DNA of 64,000 bases from Escherichia coli. Its GTDB lineage: Bacteria; Pseudomonadota; Gammaproteobacteria; Enterobacterales; Enterobacteriaceae. The stretch lies in assembly GCF_965641715.1 (NCBI RefSeq), contig NZ_OZ282453.1. One strand, given 5' to 3'. Under the pieces are notes generated by a model. It ran no database searches. It was not told the origin of the DNA and worked only from the letters and a program-made list of their open reading frames with translations. Shown piece by piece: positions 24,052-31,369 of the stretch. Every line of letters starts with the position of its first letter. The stretch's first letter is position 1. The position numbers were made by a program, and so were the translations under genes.

Positions 24052-25282
24052 TACGCTTCTCCTCGATAAAATTCAGAACCTGATGCAACGTGGTCTCATC
24101 GCCAAACCCACCGGCTTTCGTCATCACCGAACGGGACCAGACGCCGCCCAGAAAGTGACCGTATGGAACGCACTGCGCCACCTTCCCCGTAATACGAAAC
24201 CCGGTCGCACCTAACGCACTGGCTGTTGCCATTGCGACATCGCCACCAGAGAGATAAAGGGCATCAGGGGTGACACGAAGCAGAACTTGCCGGGTAAGTT
24301 CGCCAAGAAACCGGCAAATTTTTTCCCCAAGCGCAGCGCGACTCATCTGCCAACGCTGGCAAAGGGTGTCGATATGGTGCCTTGCTTCAGAATCGGTACA
24401 GGTGTGGACAATGCAGTGGTCCCCTTTCTGTAAGGCCTGCACAATACGCGCGTCATAGCCCCTGGCGTTGCCTGCCAGAATGTGTTCAACATCGACGTAT
24501 ATCTGTGTGATACGTGAGTGTGAATGCAGTGTGGCGATCTGCCGTTGAGCGATTTCGCTCATTGAACCAATAATGGCCAGCACGGTGGGTGGCGGCATAA
24601 TCGCCGAGCGCCGGGCAACGGCATCACAAATACCAGCGGAGCCGACCAGCAGCAGCGGTTGTTTAGCCTGCATCACAGCGGCAGCGATGCAATCCAGGTC
24701 GCTGTCCGTCTGCGCATCCATCACCCCAATCCACGGTTGCTCACGAGACAAATGGCTGAGCTCAGAAACTGTAACGGGCTGGCATGGAATGGCCGTCTGC
24801 AACCGAATGATGTCCGCAATTCGTGCGCTCATTACCGGGGTTTTTGGATCGCTGGCAAACTCGGTTTCCGTTAGCCGCACGCCGTTTACCCGACACTCAC
24901 CGTCCACCGTGGTCCTTCCCACCTGGGGAAATGCGGGGGCAACCACTGCGCCCGTTATGCCGCATGCCTGCATCAGGGCTTCAATTTCTGCGCCGATATT
25001 CCCTCGCAGCGTGGAATCTATCTTTTTAATCATGAGCGGCGGGTTATTCGCCAGAGGGAGATGACTCATCAGCGAGGTCATTTTCATCGCGGCCTGCTTA
25101 GGATCCATCGCCCGACTGTCGCTATTAATCACCCATACGCTTGCATCACCGTGATAAGGCGTTGCAAAGGCCACATCAACCGTATGTCCCACCTGCGCCA
25201 GGCTTACTCCTGCGTCGTTGGCCCCTGTGAAATCATCGGCAACGACGAGAATGCTCGGCTTAGTGATTCCCTTTTCCATCAT
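24044..25282 (-). CDS. four-carbon acid-sugar kinase family protein, DUF1537/OtnK-DtnK-like (about 412 aa)
   Basis: N-terminal hallmark ILVVADDFTGANDAGV; start set at the ATGATG doublet preceded by GGAG (track ORF runs to a TTG at 25321). Confidence 0.7.
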   Translation of the reverse strand: MMEKGITKPSILVVADDFTGANDAGVSLAQVGHTVDVAFATPYHGDASVWVINSDSRAMDPKQAAMKMTSLMSHLPLANNPPLMIKKIDSTLRGNIGAEIEALMQACGITGAVVAPAFPQVGRTTVDGECRVNGVRLTETEFASDPKTPVMSARIADIIRLQTAIPCQPVTVSELSHLSREQPWIGVMDAQTDSDLDCIAAAVMQAKQPLLLVGSAGICDAVARRSAIMPPPTVLAIIGSMSEIAQRQIATLHSHSRITQIYVDVEHILAGNARGYDARIVQALQKGDHCIVHTCTDSEARHHIDTLCQRWQMSRAALGEKICRFLGELTRQVLLRVTPDALYLSGGDVAMATASALGATGFRITGKVAQCVPYGHFLGGVWSRSVMTKAGGFGDETTLHQVLNFIEEKRSE

Positions 25283-25448
25283 CACTCCAGGTTGTTTTAT
25301 GATGACAATGATTATATTCAATCACGATTGATTAAATGTGAGCAAGTTCAAGTTATTAATCACTCGAATAAATTATAAAATTAGGCCATGTTACGTAGAC
25401 AACGGTATTTTGAATGATTGATTTCAATCACGAGAAGAGAGGTTATTT
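25283..25448. promoter_or_regulatory. divergent promoter/operator region of the island
   Basis: AT-rich 166-bp spacer between divergent operons containing TCAATCAC-GATTGATT (25318-25333) and its permuted inverted-repeat form GATTGATT-TCAATCAC (25416-25432). Confidence 0.5.
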
Positions 25449-26606
25449 GTGGTAATTATCAATAGCACGATACTGAGCGGCGCAGGCGCTATCCCTTCCC
25501 TGACGTCGCTCTTACCCGGCGTCAGAAAATTGCTGCTGGTCACAGACAGCAATATTGCGCAGCTTAACGGAGTGCAGCAGATTCGCGCCTTACTGGAAAA
25601 GCACTGCCCGCAGGTGAGCGTTATCGATAATGTGCCTGCAGAGCCTACGCATCATGATGTGCGCCAGCAAATGGCGACCCTCGGCAACGCGTCGTTTGAT
25701 GTAGTAGTGGGCGTCGGCGGCGGCAGCGTGCTGGATGTCGCAAAACTGTTGTCGGTGCTTTGTCACCCCGATTCACCGGGGCTGGATGCGCTGCTTGCCG
25801 GTGAAAAACCGACGCAGCGGGTGCAATCATGGTTGATTCCTACAACCGCCGGTACCGGCTCAGAAGCCACGCCAAATGCGATTCTGGCGATCCCTGAACA
25901 AAGCACGAAGGTGGGTATTATTTCTCCGGTGCTGCTACCGGATTATGTGGCACTTTTCCCCGAGCTGACCACCAGCATGCCCGCACATATTGCAGCGTCT
26001 ACGGGCATTGATGCGCTTTGTCACTTACTGGAGTGTTTTACCGCGACCGTGGCAAATCCGGTCAGCGATAACGCGGCGCTAACCGGGTTAAGTAAGCTTT
26101 TCCGGCATATTCAACCCGCCGTGAACGATCCTCAGGATCTGCGCGCAAAACTGGAAATGCTGTGGGCGTCTTACTATGGCGGCGTAGCGATAACCCATGC
26201 GGGCACGCACCTGGTCCATGCGCTCTCCTACCCGTTAGGCGGCAAATATCACCTGCCGCACGGTGTGGCGAATGCCATCTTGCTGGCACCGTGCATGGCG
26301 GTTGTTCGCCCCTGGGCGGTCGAGAAATTTGCCCAGGTCTGGGATTGCATTCCCGATGCGGATACATCCTTGAGCGCGGAAGAGAAATCTCACGCTCTGG
26401 TGGCCTGGCTACAGGCATTAGTCAATCAACTCAAGCTGCCCAACAATCTCGCGGATCTTGGCGTACCGCCAGATGATATTACGTCTCTTAGCGCGGCGGC
26501 ACTGAACGTGAAGCGCCTGATGAACAATTCCCCCTGCCAACTGAATCAGCGGGACGTGCAGGCCATTTACCAAACGCTGTTTCCGCAACATCAATTTAAG
26601 GAGTAA
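25449..26606 (+). CDS. iron-containing (group III) alcohol dehydrogenase (385 aa, GTG start)
   Basis: GGGS NAD(P)-binding motif (VVGVGGGSVLDVAKL) and His-rich metal site (HALSYPLGGKYHLPHG); RBS agagagg upstream. Confidence 0.75.
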   Translation: MVIINSTILSGAGAIPSLTSLLPGVRKLLLVTDSNIAQLNGVQQIRALLEKHCPQVSVIDNVPAEPTHHDVRQQMATLGNASFDVVVGVGGGSVLDVAKLLSVLCHPDSPGLDALLAGEKPTQRVQSWLIPTTAGTGSEATPNAILAIPEQSTKVGIISPVLLPDYVALFPELTTSMPAHIAASTGIDALCHLLECFTATVANPVSDNAALTGLSKLFRHIQPAVNDPQDLRAKLEMLWASYYGGVAITHAGTHLVHALSYPLGGKYHLPHGVANAILLAPCMAVVRPWAVEKFAQVWDCIPDADTSLSAEEKSHALVAWLQALVNQLKLPNNLADLGVPPDDITSLSAAALNVKRLMNNSPCQLNQRDVQAIYQTLFPQHQFKE

Positions 26607-26609
26607 ATC

Positions 26610-27497
26610 ATGCCAAAAACCATTGAAGGTGTATTAACCGCCATCGTCACCCCGTTTACCGCGACCGGCGTCCTGAATCTCCCGGCGTTAAAAGTGCAGG
26701 TTAATCGCCAACTGGAAGCCGGTAACGCGATTTTTTGCGGCGGCACCAACGGCGAGTTTTTTGTGTTGAACGAACAGGAGAAGCTCAGCGTTACGCAAAC
26801 CTGCGTGGATGAAGTGGCTGGCCGCGCACCGGTCGTGGCGCACATTGGTGAGATCTCGACGCGCGAAACCATTCGTCTGGGTCAGCAGATTGAAAAACTG
26901 GGCGTTGATGCGGTATCGGTCATTACCCCGTACTTTGTACCGCTAAAACAGGAAGAGCTGATTGCCCATTACACCGCAATTGCCGACGCACTAAGCATTC
27001 CCATGTTTCTCTATAACATCCCGGCCCGCACCGGCAATACGATTCAGCCGGAAACCGCGCGCGCTCTGGCGTCGCATCCCAATATCATTGGGATTAAAGA
27101 CAGCGCCGGAAGCTACGAAAGCCTGAAGGGTTTTCTCGATGCTGTGCGCAACATTGACGGCTTTAATGTGCTCAACGGCCCGGATTCGCTGATCCATAAA
27201 GGGTTTGTCGAGGGGTGTTCAGCCTGTATTTCCGGGCTCGCCAACGTCGCGCCGCGAGAAATCAATGCCATCTGGTCTCGCTTCCATGCCGGTGATATTG
27301 AAGGATCGTATCAGGCACAGGAGAGTGTGACTGGCCTGCGTACCGATCTTTATAAAGTAGCATTCTCCCCAGCTGCGGTGAAAAAAGCGTTGCAGCTTAT
27401 GGGGCATGATGTTGGTGATAGCCGCTACGCGGTTAATTTCACGCCTGAACAGATCAGCGAGATTCAACAAATTATTCGTCATTATCACATTAATTAA
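26610..27497 (+). CDS. DapA/NanA-family Schiff-base aldolase/lyase (295 aa)
   Basis: GVLTAIVTPF N-terminal motif, GGTNGEF, and Schiff-base lysine context IIGIKDSAG; starts 3 nt after the ADH stop. Confidence 0.75.
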   Translation: MPKTIEGVLTAIVTPFTATGVLNLPALKVQVNRQLEAGNAIFCGGTNGEFFVLNEQEKLSVTQTCVDEVAGRAPVVAHIGEISTRETIRLGQQIEKLGVDAVSVITPYFVPLKQEELIAHYTAIADALSIPMFLYNIPARTGNTIQPETARALASHPNIIGIKDSAGSYESLKGFLDAVRNIDGFNVLNGPDSLIHKGFVEGCSACISGLANVAPREINAIWSRFHAGDIEGSYQAQESVTGLRTDLYKVAFSPAAVKKALQLMGHDVGDSRYAVNFTPEQISEIQQIIRHYHIN

Positions 27498-27556
27498 ATT
27501 AACTCTATTATCCAGCCCGCTATAACGTATAGATAAAGAGAATAAAGGATTACCCC

Positions 27557-28315
27557 ATGTTTTTGTGGTTTATGCAGCCAGATATCTGGCTCACTTTAAT
27601 TACCCTCACCTTTCTGGAAATTATTCTCGGGGTGGATAATATTATTTTTCTTTCACTGGTGGTGGCAAAACTTCCGTTATCACAACAAAATATGGCGCGT
27701 AAACTGGGTTTAAGCTGCGCGATGATTATGCGGATATTATTGCTGATATCCATTGCGTGGCTTTCACATATTACCCAGCCGCTTTTTACCGTGCTGGCGC
27801 TGGAGATTTCGTTCCGCACGTTGATTCTACTCGGGGGCGGGCTGTTCCTGATTTATAAAGCGATACAGGAGATACGCGAAGAGTTGTCGCCCGCGCAGGA
27901 AGACGCGCATGGCAGCGGGTCGCGGCAGCTGTCGCTGTGCGGTGCTATCGTACAGATAATGCTGCTGGATATTGTGTTCAGCCTGGACTCGGTGATCACC
28001 GCCGTCGGCCTTTCTCAGCATATATTTATTATGATTGCTGCCGTCATGATTGCCGTTGGCATCATGATGTTTGCGGCGAAAACCATTGGTGACTTCGTGA
28101 ACGCGACGCCATCGATAAAAATACTGGCGTTAACCTTTTTATTATTTGTCGGCGTATTGTTGGTTGCCGATAGCCTCAATATTCATATTGCCAAAGAGTA
28201 TCTCTACTTCGCGATATTTTTCTCATTAAGCGTGGAGACACTCAATATTTTCCGTGAAAGAAGACATAAAAAAGTTTCGACATCGATCGAAACGCATGAA
28301 TCGAACTCGCATTAA
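27557..28315 (+). CDS. TerC-family integral membrane protein (252 aa)
   Basis: About seven hydrophobic helices with two DN/DS-type motifs (LGVDNIIFLSL, FSLDSVITAVG) typical of TerC/YgdQ-like proteins. Confidence 0.55.
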   Translation: MFLWFMQPDIWLTLITLTFLEIILGVDNIIFLSLVVAKLPLSQQNMARKLGLSCAMIMRILLLISIAWLSHITQPLFTVLALEISFRTLILLGGGLFLIYKAIQEIREELSPAQEDAHGSGSRQLSLCGAIVQIMLLDIVFSLDSVITAVGLSQHIFIMIAAVMIAVGIMMFAAKTIGDFVNATPSIKILALTFLLFVGVLLVADSLNIHIAKEYLYFAIFFSLSVETLNIFRERRHKKVSTSIETHESNSH

Positions 28316-28350
28316 TAAATCTATTACCGACTTTAAGATGGAGTCTAACT

Positions 28351-29520
28351 ATGTCTGTAGCTCTTATTCGTGACGGCGTCATCCGTCCGTCCGAAAATGA
28401 TTCGCATGTGCTTACCGCCATGCTGCCCTCGTCCTGCCCGCAAAACCACGCGGCGAATATTCTGCCTTTGCCGGATGGCGCGTTAATGTGCGTCTGGTTT
28501 GCGGGAACGCAGGAAGGTATTGCCGATATTTCCGTCTGGGGATCGCGGCTGCCCGCTGGCGGAACGCAGTGGAGCGATGCGGTCAAACTGTCCCACGATG
28601 ACACGCGTTCAGAGCAGAACCCGGTACTGTTTCTCGCACCGGATAACGTGCTGTGGCTGCTATGGACCGCACAAATATCCGGTAATCAGGACACCGCCAT
28701 CGTCCGCTACCGTAAGTCAGACGACCTCGGACAAACCTGGGGCGAGATTGCCACGCTGCTCGATAAACCCGGCACGTTCATTCGCCAGCCGATCACGGTG
28801 CTTGATAACGGCAACTGGCTGCTGCCCGTCTTTTATTGCCGTACCCAACCCGGTGAAAAATGGGTCGGCAATGATGATATCAGCGCAGTGAAAATTTCCG
28901 CTGACGGTGGTCACTCATGGCGCGATGTCGAGGTGCCGCAAAGTCTCGGCTGCGTTCATATGAATATCACAATGCTGCACGACGGTACGTTGGCTGCTCT
29001 CTTTCGCAGCCGTTGGGCAGACAACATCTATATCAGCCATTCTGCGGACCACGGCGAGAGCTGGTCGGTGCCGCAAGCAACCGAACTGCCCAACAACAAT
29101 TCGTCTATTCAGGTGACGACGCTTGCCAGCGGTGAGCTGGCGCTGGTGTACAACGCAATGAGTGCGGCAGGCGCAGTAGAACGTCGCGCGTCGCTGTATG
29201 ACGAAATCGACGATGGCGACGACAGTCGCAAAGAACCCACAGCCGTTGGACGCTCCGCTTTCTGGGGTGCCCCGCGCGCGCCGATGACGGTAGCGATTTC
29301 TGCCGATGGCGGGAAAAGCTGGCCGTGGCGGCGCAATCTCGATGAAGGCGATGGCTACTGCATGACCAACAATTCGCTGGAAAAGCTAAATCGCGAGTTC
29401 TCCTACCTCAGTATCAAACAAAGCCCGGACGGTACGCTGCATATCGCTTACACCTGGTGGCGTCAGGCCATCAAGTACGTGCGCATCTCCCCCGAGTGGG
29501 TTAAGGGGCAGGCATTATGA
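28351..29520 (+). CDS. BNR/Asp-box repeat sialidase-like protein, predicted cytoplasmic (389 aa)
   Basis: Four S-x-D-x-G-x-[TS]-W Asp-boxes (SDDLGQTW, SADGGHSW, SADHGESW, SADGGKSW); N-terminal IRP (FRIP-like); no signal peptide. Confidence 0.75.
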   Translation: MSVALIRDGVIRPSENDSHVLTAMLPSSCPQNHAANILPLPDGALMCVWFAGTQEGIADISVWGSRLPAGGTQWSDAVKLSHDDTRSEQNPVLFLAPDNVLWLLWTAQISGNQDTAIVRYRKSDDLGQTWGEIATLLDKPGTFIRQPITVLDNGNWLLPVFYCRTQPGEKWVGNDDISAVKISADGGHSWRDVEVPQSLGCVHMNITMLHDGTLAALFRSRWADNIYISHSADHGESWSVPQATELPNNNSSIQVTTLASGELALVYNAMSAAGAVERRASLYDEIDDGDDSRKEPTAVGRSAFWGAPRAPMTVAISADGGKSWPWRRNLDEGDGYCMTNNSLEKLNREFSYLSIKQSPDGTLHIAYTWWRQAIKYVRISPEWVKGQAL

Positions 29521-29987
29521 TTATCGGGAATCTCAACCATTTGTCACAGGCGGGGCTTCCCGCTGGCGTGAAAAATATTCTGCTGCGCCCGGAATGTTCG
29601 TTACGGGCGTTATCCGCCAGAGAGGACGGTCGCTGGCAACTGGAAGGATGCCGGTGGTTCTGCACGCTGGGCCTTTCAGACACGCAGCCCGCCGATCTCC
29701 GGCATACGGAGTATCACCATCTGTGGGCCGATATTCAGGTGGTGATTGCCGGTTGTGAGGGCATTAATGCGGGGACGCGGCCCGTAGCGCAGGAAAGCGA
29801 TGAAGAACGTAAGCCCGATCTGTTTATCGCCCCATCCCCTGAAAACAGTGTCGCAATCACCTTACACCCCGGTGATTTCGCCGTCTTTATGCCAGAAGAA
29901 CCCCATCAGGCGCTGTGCGCGGTTGGCGCGGCCACGTCAGTACGTAAAGCGGTCTTTAAGGTACCGCGCGACATGCTGGAAGCCTAA
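29517..29987 (+). CDS. YhcH/YjgK/YiaL (DUF386) family protein (156 aa)
   Basis: Size and N-terminal pattern (MIIGNLNHLSQAGLP...) typical of the DUF386 family found in sialic-acid and beta-galactoside operons; ATGA overlap with the BNR gene. Confidence 0.65.
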   Translation: MIIGNLNHLSQAGLPAGVKNILLRPECSLRALSAREDGRWQLEGCRWFCTLGLSDTQPADLRHTEYHHLWADIQVVIAGCEGINAGTRPVAQESDEERKPDLFIAPSPENSVAITLHPGDFAVFMPEEPHQALCAVGAATSVRKAVFKVPRDMLEA

Positions 29988-30000
29988 AAGGAGAGAAAAA

Positions 30001-31281
30001 ATGACAATGGAAATGATCCTGGCATTAGGAATACTGGTCCTGATGATCGTGCTGATCATGTCGGACAAAATGCCCTTTGGCGCACCGCCACTGCTTGCGT
30101 GTTTATTGCTGGTTGTCTCGGGGCTGTCGACGGTTCAACAGGCTTTTGCCGGATTCGTCAATCCAAGCGTGGTGATGATTGCAGGGTTTATGGTGGTGAT
30201 GGCTGCGCTACAAAAAACCCGGCTTATCAGCAACGTTAAATCTGCGATGATAAGCCTGGTCAATAAAGGCAGTTACCGCAGTTATGGGCTGTTGTTAGTC
30301 ATCGTTATGCTGGGCGCCAGTCTTGCCGGCACCGGCGCGACGGGTTATTACGTGCTGATTCTGTCTCTGGTATCCACCATTCCGTACAGTAAAAAGCTAC
30401 CAACATCGAAATTGATGATGCCACTGGGATTTGCCACCAACCATCCGCTTCTTCCTATCAATCTCGCGCTTCTCTTTGGCGTCACGGCGACCGTACTCGA
30501 AACAGCCGGTTTTCATCAGGAGATTTCGATGGGGCGCTTTGCGCTGGTGAATCTCGTCATGTCAGCGGCTTTTCTGGCGTGGAGTCTGATTGCCTACCGT
30601 TTTCTTCCGGATCATCCCATTGCGGATGCTTCCGAGGATGCGCTGGCCGCACGCGAAGAAACGTTTAACGCCCTTCCTGCCTGGAAAGAGTATTGCACCA
30701 TCGCCGCATTCGCCGTCAGCGTTATCGGCATGATGCTGATGAATATGCTGGGTAATATCGCCTTCGTTATTCCAGGCCTTGCGGGTGCGTTTGTTCTGAT
30801 GATCGATGTACTGGACTTTAAAGAAGTTCGCGATCATATGGGGGCACCGGTCATTTTAATGATGGCGGGGGTGATCGGTGTGGCTGATGCGCTGGCTGGC
30901 ACCGGCTTTACGGCAATGGTAGGCGATGCCGTTGCAGGTGTGCTCGGGTCTGGCGTCTCACCGTTTGTATTTATTGTCGCCTTTGCTTTACTTACCAGTA
31001 CCTGCGCCACCTTCACGGGTTCGAATATGGGGTCAGTCTATATTTTTGCCCCCATCGCCATTGCCGCCTGTACTAGCCTTGGGCTTAACCCGACCGCTGC
31101 CGCGATTGCGGTGGTGATTTCTGGCTGGAATGGCGGCTATATGCCTATTGACGGAATGCCAGCCATGATCCTCGGAATGGGGAAATACAAACTTCCCGAA
31201 TTCTGGGTGTTCTCTGTACCAATGTATCTCATCCGCATTCTGGCGCTTTGTGCAGGCGCTGTTTTTATCTTCCCAATGTAA
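30001..31281 (+). CDS. anion permease of the ion-transporter superfamily, GntP/CitMHS-like (426 aa)
   Basis: ATG at 30001 preceded by aaaggagag; 10-12 hydrophobic segments with two-repeat architecture; the track ORF (29800) carries a spurious upstream extension. Confidence 0.6.
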   Translation: MTMEMILALGILVLMIVLIMSDKMPFGAPPLLACLLLVVSGLSTVQQAFAGFVNPSVVMIAGFMVVMAALQKTRLISNVKSAMISLVNKGSYRSYGLLLVIVMLGASLAGTGATGYYVLILSLVSTIPYSKKLPTSKLMMPLGFATNHPLLPINLALLFGVTATVLETAGFHQEISMGRFALVNLVMSAAFLAWSLIAYRFLPDHPIADASEDALAAREETFNALPAWKEYCTIAAFAVSVIGMMLMNMLGNIAFVIPGLAGAFVLMIDVLDFKEVRDHMGAPVILMMAGVIGVADALAGTGFTAMVGDAVAGVLGSGVSPFVFIVAFALLTSTCATFTGSNMGSVYIFAPIAIAACTSLGLNPTAAAIAVVISGWNGGYMPIDGMPAMILGMGKYKLPEFWVFSVPMYLIRILALCAGAVFIFPM

Positions 31282-31290
31282 TCTCAGACA

Positions 31291-31326
31291 AAAAAAGCGG
31301 CAGAGAAGATCCCTGCCGCTTTTTAT
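31291..31326. terminator. bidirectional intrinsic terminator at the island/nagE junction
   Basis: aaaaaagcggcagagaagatccctgccgcttttt: 7-bp GC stem flanked by an A-run and a T-run. Confidence 0.7.
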
Positions 31327-31329
31327 TGT

Positions 31330-31362
31330 TGAATGCGACGCTGCCGTGTCGCATCAGGCATG
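31330..31362. repeat. REP-like palindromic fragment
   Basis: gaatgcgacgctgccgtgtcgcatcaggcatg. Confidence 0.45.
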
Positions 31363-31369
31363 AAGCAGA

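Noticed and set aside
25283-25321. TTG-initiated N-terminal extension of the DUF1537 kinase (MNIIIVIIKQPGV...)
   Set aside because: The extension covers the operator-like repeat and lacks an RBS; the ATGATG doublet at 25282/25279 has a GGAG RBS and yields the conserved ADDFTG N-terminus at the expected distance.
29800-30000. Upstream extension of the permease ORF overlapping the YhcH-like gene
   Set aside because: The extension has no RBS and overlaps a better-supported gene; a consensus RBS plus ATG at 30001 gives a protein starting with the first TM helix.
22083-31369. Island as a prophage or integrative element
   Set aside because: No integrase, recombinase, transposase, phage structural genes, tRNA attachment site or flanking direct repeats were found; content is purely metabolic/regulatory, so it is better described as a metabolic accessory locus.
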